Position numbers and translations under genes: made by a program
The notes under the pieces: model-generated
Database searches by the model: none
The model's input: the letters and a program-made list of their open reading frames with translations, nothing else
What the model was told of the DNA's origin: nothing
Part shown: positions 50,352 to 64,000 of the stretch, piece after piece
Numbering within the stretch: the first letter of the stretch is position 1
Layout: each line of letters begins with the position of its first letter
Source: Klebsormidium nitens
Lineage: Eukaryota; Plantae; Klebsormidiophyceae
Length of the DNA: 64,000 nucleotides
Direction of reading: 5' to 3'
Assembly: GCA_000708835.1 (NCBI GenBank)
Contig: DF236965.1
Location: 124,001-188,000 of the forward strand

Positions 50352-51342
50352 GCTTCTAGATTCCCGTCTAGAAACGGCGCTTGCAAACCCCCGATCTAGC
50401 CACCCAGACAAACCCACCTTCACGCCCTGTTCATAGAATAGTGCGCCTGAAACCAAAGCGCACCTGCGCTGCGATACACGGCCACAAAGACGCCCTGATG
50501 ACTACCCTCTCGTTCAAATCTCCCACCAATGTATGTTTGCAATTGCTCAAACGTGGTGAGATTTGCTTCTTGCCATTTGGGCAATCTGCGTTGCTTGAAG
50601 ATAGTCTTAGCCTAGAGGCTACTGTAGGGAGCTGCTGAATTTCGATCCAAGCCAGGATGTCCGCTGCAGTGCAGCACACTGCAACTCAGATTGCAGGTCT
50701 TGCATATTGCTCATGTGCCTACCTTCGACAGACTTCAATACACGTGTACCTATTACCTGAAAGACATCATACGCAGTGAGTACGCACTCGGGTTTTACAT
50801 GTACCTACATTGACGTAGCCTGGTGCCAAAGCTCTGCTGCCCTTGCGTCAGTCGAATGAAACCCGTACACATCATCATCATACCTACCGCAGACAAATTC
50901 CAACCCAACCCGGCAGTTATTTCTGCCGCGCGCGCAGCTTGATGCAAATCATGTTTGCCGTCCGATGAGGCATTCGGAAAAGGGCGAAGATCATCGAACG
51001 CTTGAAACACACACGCCTTGGGCCTGAGTCCCTGACCCTATGACTCTGAGTCTGTAGTGAGAAGGTGGACCTGTTCATTCCACGTTCATTCCGAGCTAGC
51101 TGGTTCAGCAAAACACCACCACGTTTGATGGGAGCTCCGCAGCTACGTATTGCCGTTGGTTATGAAAAGCTCTGCTCTCCAACAGATTCTTGTTTGTCCT
51201 GCGCTTGCGTTTGTGGCCGTCTTGCAGAGGGAGCTGCAGTAAGAGCTTGAACCCCCACCTTCAAACCTGATCACCGCACATCGTTGCTTGAACATTCTTT
51301 CAGGAACTGTGAGCATCAGCCACATTCTCTCTGTTTGAGACT

Positions 51343-54300
51343 ATGCCTGGCATGGCCGGCAGCTTACAGCAACCCCAGATCCTGGAGCACACCAGCAAAA
51401 GCTTGTCCGTGACGATCTACGATACAAAATGGGTACCCAGCAGGTATGCACCAGCCACACCCAGTCTGCACACTACCTGCTGTTTGATAGCCCTATATTG
51501 GAAAATCCGTGACCAACTCATCGTCACCAACTCTGACGATGCCCATCGACGAGATTTGAGCTAGTGCATACCACCTTCAGGGATTACTATGTTCTCTTTT
51601 GCTTTATCTAGGTTTGAGTCTCACAAAGAGAGCTCACGGGTGATCAATGCTCACACAAGATTTTTCAAAAGGGGAACATCTGTGAGCAGGTGGTAGCTCT
51701 AATGTTCATCATCTTCCTTACTGATATTGTGCAGCGCTCGCTTTGTGGTCCTCGGCTCCCACCCTAGAAACAGCGGCTGTATCCAGGTGTACGAACTGGG
51801 GGGAACGGAGATCAACAAACTCACAGAGGTCAGCCTTCAAAATAAAGATCAAGTTTTTTGCTGCACCTGCAAGTAGCTATGAGCTAGCTACTTATAGATT
51901 CTGGTTCCAGGAACATCAATAAAGCCAGTTTCCTTTATGCCACCATGTGAATATTGCATCATGAAGCAGGAACTGAGGAAGTCTGCTAGTGCAAGCAAGG
52001 CTGATTCTTTTTGCGTTTTGCCTTTCTGCATAACGTCCTTTGCTGCTGCCAGCTAAACTGAGGCCAAGCCTGAATTTTATAGCAGAACTGTTAATCGAAG
52101 TCAGCTTTGGGCCCTCAAAGTCAATGCAACAGAGAGAACTTTATCACTAGAACAGGGGAAGAATGAAGTACTTTCGCACACATGCGTTCCTTGTTGACAG
52201 GCCCCCAGTGTCACTTTCTACTTATAGAAGCTTGTTCCGCAGGCGGAAAAGCAGCACAGCTTCAAATGTGGGACATTTGGCGCCTCAAGCCTGGTAAGGC
52301 AGCATTCTTCCTTCATTTTGAAAGTCGATTTCTGGAACAGATTGTCGCCCTCAACCCCAGTTAGTGCTTCCCCTCCTCAGTGTTCCAGGCTGCACCTCAT
52401 AGCTGCCTTGGGGTTGTACACCTATTGCACAAGTCATTCCCAATCGATCGCCTTGCCCCAGTGAGCCCCAGCAAGCATCAATCTGGTTGTCAGCCTACTT
52501 CATGAGCAACAACCTAGTCTTGTCCTTCCTTCGTAAGAGAGCTTGACATCCACTATCTCCAACACTCCCAACTGCTGACATGCTCTTCTGTCAGCGCAGA
52601 CCCAACGCCACCTCGCCACCGGTGACTTCGACGGTAACCTCAACGTTTGGGACCTCGACAGGCTAGGGACCCCTCTCTACCACGCAAAAGCCCACAGCTC
52701 AATAGTAAACGCAATCGACGGCTGCGGAGGCCTAGGGGTCGGGCGGGGAGCCCCCGAGATCGTGACATGTGGCAGGGACGGCCGGGTCTGCGTATGGGAC
52801 ACCCGACAAAAGGACGACCCTGTGGCGTGCTTCGAGCCTGCCACGTCGGACAGCACGCGCGACTGCTGGGCCGTCTCGTTCGGAAACGCGTACGAGGAGA
52901 ACGAGCGGTGCGTTCTCGCGGGGTACGACAACGGCGACGTGAAGCTGTTCGACCTGCGCACGGGCACCGTGCGGTACGAGACGACGCTGCAGAACGGGGT
53001 GTGCGCGGTGGATTTCGACCGGAAGGACATCCCGATGAACAAGTTCGCGGCCACGACGCTCGAGTCGCGGTTCCACGTGTTTGACGCGCGCACGCAGCAT
53101 GCAACAAAGGGGATGGCGAGTTTGAGCGAGAAGCAGGCGCATGGGAGCACGATCTGGGGGGTGCGCCACCTGCCTCAAAACAGGGAGGTGTTCATGACGC
53201 TAGGGGGAGACGGCAGCTTGGCGTTGTACAAGTATTCGTACCCCGAGAAGAGGACGGCCAAGGAGGAGGACGGGAGCGTGTCGGGGGTGAGTGCGAGACG
53301 CCCTGATTTTAAATCGTTCTTATATCTAAGTAGTGGGTGGAAAGAAGGCGATTAGAGTCGATTTTGCTCGCACAAATGGTCGAGGTTTTGATCACCGGAA
53401 GGAGGAAAGCGAGAGCGTCACGTGAGACTTCACTCTTTGTGCACGCAAACGAGCACTGGCTACTACTGGATGGAGAGTCGTTTGAGGGGCCTTGTGAAAG
53501 CGATTTTGACGGCTAAAGTGTGGTCCCGTTCTTCCTTTCCGGGATGATTTGGACGCTCATCTCAGCAGCTCCCATTGCTGTCAGGCAACTTGCGGAGTCG
53601 AGATGCCGGCTGTCGACCTCTTAACCCCGTCAGCAATGTCCATATTCAAATGTGTAGCCTGACCCAAAACGGCAAACCTCAGAGAGATGAGGCGCTGGAC
53701 ATGATTGGAAAGCTGTTGACCCGTTGAAGAAGCATGTGGTCCACTGTTTTCAGCAAAGGATCAGGGGCTAAAGAACGGTATCTCCGGAAACCTCGCTTGG
53801 CCCGGTTCAGTGGGAAGGCATTCTTGTTTCTCTGAGGAAACCCCCGGATCTAGATTTCGGCCCCTGTCCATGCAGGTCATTGGAAGCGTAAACATGTTAG
53901 CGTCGCGAACGGTGGCCTCTCAACCAATCTCCTGCTTTGACTGGTGAGTTACTCCGCTGATGTGCGCCATTTCATGGTTCTGGATTGTTTCGCTCTTTTC
54001 AAGTGCGATTTGATATTCTGGATCTCCTGGAGTTAGGAGGTAGATCTGAAGAAGGGAAAGGTAAAATGAGCGCAAGAATTTGACGCAAGAGCGACCTGAA
54101 GCAAGGGACCTCCGATCAAACATTCATGCGTTTACTTATGAGCTTCGTGTACAATGTGAAACCGTGGTTCTGCTCTTGGCAACCGCATCCAACTTGCAGC
54201 AAATCGGAACCGTTTAGGACTGGCTCCTGCATGATTTGTATATCCCCTGCCCGTAGCTTCTTTTGCGGCACGTGGTGCATCTCCACCGTTTATAATTGCT

Positions 54301-54411
54301 TCTCTTCAATCTGTCTCTCACAGGAGTCCCGACAAGGAAGGCCTTGCCGTGTTTGGCTCTTTCGATCAAAGCATCCGAGTTGGGATCGTCACCAAACTGC
54401 ATAAGGTTTGA
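51343..54411 (+). CDS. WDR92: WD-repeat protein 92 (Monad / dynein axonemal assembly factor 10)
   Basis: Exons 51343-51443, 51735-51828, 52243-52293, 52600-53286, 53876-53943, 54324-54411 encode PQILEH...[86 protein letters not shown]...VTKL. These closely follow the WDR92 sequence as I recall it. The start could be ATG 51343 or 51352. Confidence 0.95.
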
Positions 54412-56826
54412 GGAACAAGCGCCTGCCACTTATACGATCGTGTCGGCCCGCCCATACATGCATGGGCAGCAGACATTCTGCTCCTTCCATGTCGTCCAAA
54501 CGAAGTTACTTATCTGATTAAGCAATATTAACTTACGGCGTACTTCGCTCTTAGAGTCGGTCGAGGTGGCCGCTAGCTTTTTGGCGGCCAATATTCATCG
54601 AACGCGCTTTATCGAATGTTTGTTTCTGTTGAGCCAAGCACCTTTGTCGTTGTATTAGAAGCCATGATACTAAGAGCCTGCATGAATGACTGAGACGTTT
54701 GTTGAGGGCCGTCAAGCTGCACGAGAAGTGCACTCGTTGATAGAGGCAATCGGGAGGCAGTCGGTCCGTGTTGCCCTGAATGGTATAGACAATTCGAACT
54801 AATTTACCAAGAAGTGTCGATCGGGCCCAGATTACCAGGGTTAATCTGGTGAAAGCTGAGTCCTGTACATGTCAGATTTAAGTACATCTACTCACAAGCT
54901 GCCATTTATCGCTGCTGGCAAAAAAACCTTTGGACACAGCCAGTGAGGCACCATGCATCATCGTTATGTTCGCGGTACCTTAGTACCACGGTATCTCCAA
55001 ATCCGGGCCAGCTTGGCTGGCTTGAGCTTCAACCGTAGCTGCGCTGATTGCAATTGATTGGCTGCGCATGTCATATTTGAACTTGGTGGGCTGGCCCATG
55101 TAAGCGGCCAGATGCGATGCGGTAATCCTCGGAGTATGCACGTCTAAAGCGAGACGTACACCATAGCATATTGCAACAAACAGAACAAGACGTAATTTGT
55201 GACGCAGATACGTATACTTAGCCCACATCATGCATATATACTAGATCGACAACATGCATGTAATATATGGTGTACGGCAATGACAGCGCAACTTCGGTGA
55301 TAAATACAATTCTAGTCACAGGATTATAGTCACGCTGAGGGCTGCCGCCAGCTCGTCCGTCAAGACTTGAAGCATATATGATAGAGCTAGCTAGGCCGGA
55401 AGCATACGTACAATCTGGGTGCAACATACGCGCATGTATATGTTTGCCAGCTGACGGGACTTTTAACACCATAGACTACTCTGGCACCGATGCTCGTGTC
55501 TCTAGTGCACAACAACGTTCATTTTAATCATGCTTGAGTAAGTGTACAGTCCAAACGAGTCCATTTTTGTGAAAACGGTTAGGCAGCAGATTCTGGCTGG
55601 CACGGATTAGTGACAGATTGCTTTGTCCTGCTGTACCAAATACGCCCCCGATCTTGCATAGCTTGTCAATAGGTGACAACGGGAAACATACAATATGAAG
55701 GGTTGAATTGAGATAAGTCAACTGCAGGGGGTTACCAATCAAGAACTTGAAACACGATGATCGACTCAACAAACACCTTGCTGGACGTTATATACTAACA
55801 AGTGGATATAGACATACCTTGTCGGAAACATACATACCTTAGACTAACTCCAATCTCTTTGGCAGCGCAAATGTGCGCTACCTTGTCTTAATGCTAAAAT
55901 GTGTGACTCACTGACCAACCGGCCTGAATGCTTGATCCGGTTTCAACGACTCCGACGCTCTGTCAGTGATTACCTGCAAAGACTGGAAGACCTTAGGATG
56001 AGCAACCATGTGCCAGACGTTGTGCTGCTCCTCACAGGTCACGATAGAGCTGGCATGCCAGTTTGATAAAGAGGAACCTTCCACCCAAACAAGCAGAAAC
56101 AACCAAAGACAACCAATGAAAGTGACCCGATTGCCACCCCACAGCTAGCTGAGGCCGTCAAGAAGCACAGGACCAATCTGCAAAACCATTGAACAATCGA
56201 CAACGTAGTGTTATAATATTGAGAAACAGAACAAGGCACCTGACTTACCTGATGACATGCGCTTTCCCAACCCGATCCACACCAGGGACTCAATGCCCGG
56301 TTATAGCGATGCTCCGCCTGATCTCGCTGTACGGTTGGTAATCCACAACTCTTTCGATCTACAACCGCAGATTGTCAACCTATCAACTCGGCTTTGAGAG
56401 CTAGTAACCTTCTGTTTGCGCGGCTCCAGCTTTCATGAGGCCTCACCCCATAGCACTCCCGCAAAGTATTCCTTCTTGTACCACCCCCGCCCCCTCGCCC
56501 CCTTGGGCACAAATTACCCCCCAATTCTACTGCGCTCTTCTTTCGCGCCACCGCCGGCAGAGCCCTCTCGCCCATGAACCCTTCGTTTCCGTCATTCTCA
56601 CGCAGCCATCCAACACTTGACCACGTTTCCAACTCGTTACCCGCTCCTCGCAACTCTCACCGGCCTCTTCGCTTGCGGCCTCTTCGCTTGCGAGGTCAAG
56701 CCCCCCCAACCCCTCCTCCCTCTCAGACCAAACCATGCCCCCATAGACAATCGCCGCTCCTTTCACCCCCCTACCTCATTGGATCGGAGCCCTCCGCTGG
56801 CGGACCCCAACCCCATACTTCCCAAT

Positions 56827-59800
56827 TTATTCTACCTCCGCCTGCAACGCAAGCCCCTCTTCCTCCTCTTTCAGGGCCTCTTTCTCGTTCTCGCGCTTCT
56901 TGATGCTCGCGTCATCGACCCGGAGCGCGAGTCGGGCGGCCTCGTAGCACATGCAGCTGACTGCGGCGGCGGGGATGAGCTTGACGCACGTGGTGCCAAG
57001 GCCGCGATAGAGCGCTAAGAAACCCTCTTCTTTGTAGATGGTCTGGACGACGTCGAGGGCGTTTTTGTACACAGCTTTCCCTCCCACCGTGCCTAGTTGC
57101 ATCTGGCGGCGTGCCACCTGGAAGTCCAACGGGGCTTGTGAGACGATTTCATCAAACTGAATCATCAAGTGCACGTATAGGAGTCTGTGCTTGAGTTGAC
57201 CGAATATTCGTGCAAATTAGTCTGTGCTTGACCTAGAAAGAGAGGCGCTGAATCCGTGGTTAAAAGCATGGCTGTAAAATAGTCAATAAAAGCACGAAAA
57301 ACCAAGAATTAACCAGACAGCTCGCCATTTACAGCACTCAAAGGATTCTGTACACTTATTACCCGCAGCCACAAAAGGTCGAACACCGACACGCGCAAAG
57401 TACGGCAATGCCGAGCACTGTTCAACGACACGAGGAACACAAGTCACTCAATCCCGATTCAAATCCATGCAACTCGGTGAATCACCCTGATCAGGGCTGG
57501 CAAGGGTGACCACTCTTCTCAACCCAAACACCTCCCCACAAAGGTTGCATCATTGTTCTGGGCAAGCTGACATTTCAACCATTCAAGAGTTGGTTAGTTC
57601 AACGGCAACATTTTTCTCATTCCAACTAGTTTGCGAAGGAATGTGAGGCCGAAGGGGCTGCAGTGCCATGAAGCAGCGTACACAGCGTCAGCAATACGCC
57701 CTTATTACCTTCCGTTCGCCTCAAAAACCTCCCGCAAAAGGCTGCCCTCATCCTTCAGAGCTACTCAACAGTTCTTACAAACATTACTTCATATCAGCTA
57801 CCTTACGCAGCTCTCCTTTTCTACTCACCTCCAGAGGGAACGTGAGGGCGCTCGAACACGACGCAGCGGCAGCCCCAAATAGCAGCGTAGGCACCGTCGG
57901 CACATAGTCCTTCTTTGTGACCCGCTTATAGGCGGATCGAAGGCCAGCATAGACGCCGTAGTTTGCGGCAGCGTATGGAAACACCCCCAGAACGCTAGGC
58001 CGTAAACCGCTGTACAGAGCGCCGGCGCCCTCCTCCGCAACAATCTTGTGGAACGTGCGGCTGATGCTCGTATACAAGTGCGGCTGCGAGGGAACAAAGA
58101 GGATGACCATTTTGACATGGGCACAGCGCTTTCTCCAACAAGCACAGCACCTTTTCTTAGAAAAGGGCGTTCCTGAATGAAGTCCAGTCTGATCAAGAAG
58201 AGCCGATTTGCCTTCTACCTTATCAGAACCCTGTGTTCCATCCACTTTTGACTGGAACATTGTCTGAACCACCACCCCAGTTTCAGTCTTGCTGTCGAGC
58301 TCCAGACCGGTTCTAAGGGTGCCGCTATGTTTACATCCGAGATGCATACAATGCATCTTGCAAATTGACTCTCAAGGATCACGCCGATCCGTTAGATGGT
58401 ATTTAGGAACTATCTGAACCAGACTATCCAATCTGCAAACAGTACTTTACACAAATTTCCGTTCTCCATTTGGCATCAGTTTATTTAGGAGGACACTGCC
58501 CGCGGTGAATATGCTTGACTCACCTGCACCATCATTCTGGTCCTCATCAACTCCAGGGGATAGGTCGCAACTGTTGACCTGGAAAAAAAAACTTTGCTTG
58601 TGAAACTACTCCAAAGTGCATAGGCTGTGCAATGCAGCAATTGCAGAAGTAACATGGAACCTCAAGTACGAGCCTGCTATACATTTTGAGACGCCTGCCA
58701 ATGTGAACAAGAAAATCCAACCGCATCCAGCTACTTGTACAGCATTTGGTGGGCCAAAGTCATATTAGATTGGTTTCTGCAAACCGTAGAAGCGGAGAAA
58801 GGTGTCAGGTACCATCCAGAGAATGTGCAGGAAAGTGCAACCGGCAAATACTCACATCATGCCTGCTGCTCCTCCCGCTACAGGTGCGGCGACGAAAGAC
58901 ATCAAACTGCCTTCATCTTTCGACAGCGCGCGCTTGAGGTTTTCAAAGACACACAGCTCGATGGCCTTGCACGGCGCCACCCGCAGACAATTAATGCCGT
59001 TCCCTGCAGATAAATGCAAGGGTGTTGAATAATTTCGGAGAGACCACTCATTGCACGTGGTTCTTGGATGGGATCCAGAGTGCGAGCTACACCCACGCAT
59101 CAGAAAGAGCTCCTTTCCATACTGCTTGCAGCCGCACAGAACTTTCGCCTCTGTTGTTGCTGAGCATGATGAAGAGAGCAAATATTAGAAAGTCTCTGAC
59201 GCCATGAAGATCATAAGCATTTCAGATGGACGTAAAGAATGGAGCAGTCCGCGTGCGTTACATTCATAAAAGCGGGCAAACTACGCTTGCGCAAGGTGGG
59301 ATGGCGCCTTCTTTGAGCAATGTACCAACTATAGCAACTTTTATTGTTGCGAGGGTCCTCAAATGCCTCAAACAATGTCAGAAGTTTGTCGATTTGACAG
59401 ACATGGTCAAATGTGCCAAGAACCACCAAAATAAACGCCAGACTACAAAATGAACCTCATTGAGATGACACATGGGAGCCCATACTGGAGCTAGATGCAC
59501 AACGTGCCAGTAAGAGCGGTGCTCACCTCGAAAGAACGCTTTCCACCCCCCCTCCTCGAAAATCTTTGCGGCCACCACGGCAGCAGTCTTGGGAGCCCCC
59601 CGGCTCCCATGCCCCGTTACTAGGTGCGTCTTTATAAGGTCCAGTGGGGCCACAAATGAGCGCGAGACCACGCCTGCAAACGCCCCGCTTGCTAGTTGCT
59701 GCAGCAGCCCGGATCTCTTGCCCAGCTTCTCAAGCCGCTTTGCTATTTGCGCCTGCCGCTCCACCCTCTTGAAATGCCACTTTCTGTGCATGTGCTTCTG

Positions 59801-60466
59801 TCTGCTGGGCCCAGCCTCAGTCTCCTGCCCGCTACTGCTCACAGCTTCCTGCTCTGAGGTGGTCTCCTGGGACTTTTGCGGCCGAGACGGTGTCAACTGG
59901 TACCACTGGACGTCCGGGCCTTTGGACAACTCATCCTCAAACACGAAGTCGGCTCGATGCCACGTCCTCTGCCCATCCAGAACACCAACAACGCCCTCGC
60001 CAAATGCTGCGTGACTTAAGCTAAGAGTAGCCACCGTCGAGCGGGGTCGCTCCTCGGGCGAGCTGGCAACCCTAGACAATGTGACGTCTCGCAATGCTGA
60101 CCGGCTTCCCCCAGTAGAATCTTCCATGACAACGGTTTGCCTCCGCTTTCTTTCAGTGACCACCTTACCCCTTTTATTGCTACTCTCAGGTTCCACGGGT
60201 CTTGCTTTCGACTGCGCAGGCCCTGCAACCTTCCTCGACCCCGCGCTCTGCGTTCGCTGAAGCGCCTTGGCGAGGCTGCTGCTTGAATGCTTGCTCAGGA
60301 AGTGCTTCGGCAGCCCTGTGGTAAAAATGGACGCGCTGTCCGTCAGCCGTGCGAATGGCAGTCCAAGCGGCCCTGAGGACTCCAAGGTTTCACCCGCTAT
60401 CTTTGTCAAACTCGTGGCAGCTTCTCGCAGCGTGCCCAGCGGCTGTGACTCCTGGGCACTTATCAT
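56827..60466 (-). CDS. Mitochondrial carrier family protein, Brittle-1 (BT1)-like adenine nucleotide transporter with a long N-terminal extension
   Basis: Exons 60466-59527, 59003-58856, 58578-58524, 58083-57829, 57117-56827 are in phase. Three carrier signatures (APLDLIKT, YPLELMRTR, FPLEVARR) plus GNGINCLRVAPCKAIEL, typical of the BT1 group. The true start may lie upstream of 60466. Confidence 0.88.
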
Positions 60467-61450
60467 GGCTGTCTCCTCTATACTGACAAACAACCGTAAC
60501 ACAGGCGAGAGCTGGCCAGAAAATGTGACGGCCGCTTTCTCGCCCCAGTACCAGCCTCCTGAGCTGCTTCCCTGCACACCTAGGTCCTAGAGGCGCCTCT
60601 GCAAACAGGCAGAGCTCAGCACAAGGGCGACAGAGCAACCTTCTTCACCAAACCAAATCGCACTGCTCAGCGTCAGGTCTCTGTAGACTGTACCAACTTC
60701 CAAGTCTCCGCAGAGCAGTGCAGACTCAGACTGCACAGTGCAGTGGCGTGGCTTGCTTCCTCGCCTCGAAAGTTTGACAAGAGGATTTGGTCCAAGGTTC
60801 GCCTGCGCCACAGGAGCAAATTTGAGCCACAAACGAGCATCAAAAATCTGCAGAAAACACGTGTACGGCGTGTGGATTATCTGAAATCGCGATTCAGGGT
60901 GATGTACGGACCGTGGATGGCGGTATTCTGACGGTGGGTACCGCGGCGTGCACGCTAGCCCACTCCTGTGGCTTGTGCACAATGCATAGGTACCAGGTAC
61001 CTGGTACCGCTTGCCGCCGACCGGATGGTCATCATGGCATTCGGCCGGATTGGGATGCTTCGCCTCTAACTTTTAGGGAAGCCCTGCTCTCTCTACTAGC
61101 TGAGTGCATGCAGCCATGCTCTTAGGTAGCATCCGATCGCCGTGCACATTGAGTTGTACATCGAAGTTCGCTCCTTGCAACCGCGACTGACAGGCTGTTC
61201 AAATGGTGTTTGCCACCCGGAAGCAATAGCTTTGAAATGTAAGTGCGTTGGACAAATCAGCCAATCAGCGACGTACCACCACACGAGTAACCTCCGCACC
61301 TGGTACCCCTTTCCTCGGCAGCCATGACCGTCTGCATATAACCTGCTAGCCTGATCGTACTTTTGGTAAATCATGATGCAGCCGCCAGATCGAACTCGTC
61401 GAAAGAATGCTCTGGCTAATCATATTTGGATAACGAGAAGTGCATGCCAT

Positions 61451-63851
61451 CTACTTTGCCCGAAAATCGTGTCTGAATATTGTCAGGTTCTGCGTGAATT
61501 TGTCTCTATTTTTAGGCTCCAAAGTCCTCGTCACATCCGCCATGAGCTTGTCAAAACACCCGGCCAATCGTTGTTGTTGATCAGGAGCCTGCAACAAGAA
61601 GGTTGACGTTTTTAGATTGCCCTCGCATGAAGATTGGACGTTTTACAACACAAGATGCAAATAAGTCCATCTTTTTCATAAACATGAGACAGAACAAGCA
61701 CTTCGGAGTTAAGGATTGAAGTGTCAAGCCTACGAGCTCAACCTTGCCCAGCTTACCTGTGTCGCCAGGATCTGAGCTTTTAGATCATTGAAAATCTGCA
61801 GAACAAACAAGTCGACGAGCGTTGTCATTCAGCGGTAACAAGGATAACTTCAGTGTCCAGGCCAATGTATGCCTCGGTGCAGGCCGTCAAATTCTGTTGC
61901 ACTTACTAGCAGACCAAAGTGGCGTGCTGACAAATTGGGGGTCAAGATTGCGCTGGCAGAATGAAGACCGCAAAAATGAAAGCTTACCTGTTCGTTGATC
62001 AAGATGAGGCTCAGCATCGGCCTGCTCAAGCTCCACTGGTTGCCGCAGTCCTCGAACAAAACTATCTCGAAGAGCGTCTTCAAGATCTGCAAAGAGGAGG
62101 TGCATTACGGCGTCCCTTTTTCCACTTTGAGAAAAGAGCCGACGAGTGAAAGTGGCCGCCAGCAAAATCTTTGGCTCACTCGCTATCAAATCCTCATCAT
62201 GCAGTTGACGCAAAATTGAGCTTATTTTTGCGTCAACTCACCAGAAATTAATGAATTCAATGGAAATCAATTCACCAGCTATCGCCTGGCCGCTACATTG
62301 TAAGGTCAGCAGCGACAGAACAGTTGGTCCAATATCACCGATAGCAAACAGTTGGCTGTTGCCAAGCGCTTGAATTGCCCGGGCTAAGCGCCAAGCCGTA
62401 CCTCTGGGAATAGGCTTGGGCTCGCGGCAATATGCCTGGCTAGATTAACAGCAGCGGGCGTGGACGGCGCTTCGCCAACGGTAATATTGGAGAAGTAGAA
62501 CGCCGCTAGGTTGTCGACAGAGGAAGCGCACTGCAACGTATCAGGCACGAGCAGTCAGACAAGGGAATCATACGAATGGGCCTAGATAACCGGGCAGCGT
62601 GAATACACATCAGCGCACTGTGCTCGGCAACAGAGTGAATCCGAAGGCATGCGCGCTGCGAATCAATGATAATGGTACCAGATTATTCAAGGCATTGCAA
62701 TACTAAGCCTTCCGTTGCAAACATTCTCATGCTAAAGCATGTATTAGGCCATGCAAATCTAAGCGGACGGAAGGCCTCAACTGTCACAAGCAAATGTGTG
62801 CAGGATGAGGTACACGAAGAGCACCAGAGATATTGGGCCATCTTTTGGTGACTGTTCCTCACCTGCGAGGATATGCTGACGTCTAGACACTTGAGCCCCG
62901 CTTCTAGGGACTGCATGATGTGGGCGAAGGTGGCCGTGTCGAGGTTGACGATCACGGCCGTGTGGTTGTGGCAGAGAACCTCCAGGAGGGAGTAGTATGC
63001 CCGCCCAAACTGCAGAAGGAGACCAGATGAATGTCAATAGAGCATATTTCCGGCCAGAATTTGGAAGGATTCCACTGTGACGACGCTGACAAGGGAAGGG
63101 CCTGCAGGGAAACGAGCAGCTCAGTGATTTCCAGAATCAGCGGAGATTCCTGGCGTTCCTAGTTGGCTCAGAGAGCTAGCGGCTCCCTCTGCCACAGTAA
63201 CGGACTCAGTCGCGCTCACCTTCCGGAATGCCAGGATGTCCGGGAGAGGGACGGACAGCGCCATCTTGAGCCCGATGTCGAGCGCGTCGGCCAGGGCTCT
63301 GTCCCCGTAGAGCTCAAAGACGCCAAAGTTGACGTAGTTTCCGGCCAGGGCTGTGGAAGAGCGTCCAGAAAAGCTTAGCGATTGGACGACTGAACCAAGT
63401 ACAGTAGAGTCACTTCGATTCTCAAGCGGTACCATTTCGTCGAAAAAGTTCCCATGGGCAGCAAGCCACAAAACTAGATTGCTTCAACAGTGGAAAGATT
63501 CTGTTGCAAGGATCCGCTTAGGTAAGGGCAGAGTTACTCAGCTACTTGAAACGGGGGGCTTCAAGTAGCTCCTGCGTCTGCAGGTCATTTCAGCTTCAAA
63601 ATATATAACCGGGTCAGGATAGCACGCTCACCTGCTTTTAGGATGGTGAGGGAGATCCAGATGCCCTTGTACTTGTTCGCGTACGGGTCGCTTGACACGG
63701 GCAGAAGGAGGACTCGGGTCCCGTAGCTCACGATCAGCTTGCTCACTTCCCGGAAGAGGAGGATGCCGTTCGGGGAGGAGGAGTCGAAGGTCAACCGCTG
63801 GGTCTTATTCACAACGAACTCGGCCATGAACTTGAGGACCGGGGTCGTCAC
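61451..63851 (-). CDS. XPO7: Exportin-7 / RanBP16-17 family, 3' portion; the gene continues past the window end
   Basis: Exons encode [68 protein letters not shown] and [17 protein letters not shown]...AK* (stop 61453-61451), which are hallmark XPO7 motifs. Confidence 0.95.
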
Positions 63852-64000
63852 CTGCAACCAGATATGACCGAGTACCGTGAAAAGGTACCAAATCAAAAGG
63901 CACGCTTCTCTCAAGCACCGCCAACCTGACAAGATGCTCTCATGAAATTCATTCCGCCACCCAAAGCTAGCACGTTGAGGAAGAGCCAAAAGGTAAGTTA

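Noticed and set aside
54980-55231. HTPRITASHLAA resembling tyrosine-recombinase box II
   Set aside because: Isolated motif in a decayed AT-rich tract, without the first Arg box or the downstream H/W and Tyr.
56375-56826. Short ORFs and a 16-bp tandem duplication downstream of the BT1-like stop
   Set aside because: Low-complexity 3' UTR with no splice link to the CDS.

Overview
Intron-rich eukaryotic nuclear DNA (GT-AG introns mostly 100-1000 nt, many exons with high GC3). The gene content, including the axonemal-dynein assembly factor WDR92 and a BT1-like carrier, suggests a flagellate-capable green or streptophyte alga, Klebsormidium-like; this is an inference. I hand-spliced nine genes with frame-consistent exon chains: (1) B-box zinc finger + TPR-like protein (+); (2) single-pass membrane protein with two duplicated EGF exons (-); (3) unknown protein with an IQ-like motif (-, partial model); (4) Fpg/Nei DNA glycosylase with a NEIL3-type MVEGPG start (+); (5) compact ~500-aa PLAT-less lipoxygenase with non-canonical metal ligands (-); (6) ~1140-aa secreted protein with three Pmp-like beta-helix modules and two EGF domains (-); (7) WDR92/DNAAF10 (+); (8) BT1-like mitochondrial-carrier protein (-); (9) the 3' part of exportin-7 (-). 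There is also an orphan kinase terminal exon, a tRNA-derived Pol III element, several minisatellites and palindromes, and decayed intergenic tracts. No rRNA, intact tRNA, CRISPR array or intact transposon was seen. The strongest leads are the atypical lipoxygenase and the triple beta-helix/EGF protein. All models come from manual reading, with no database searches or RNA evidence.
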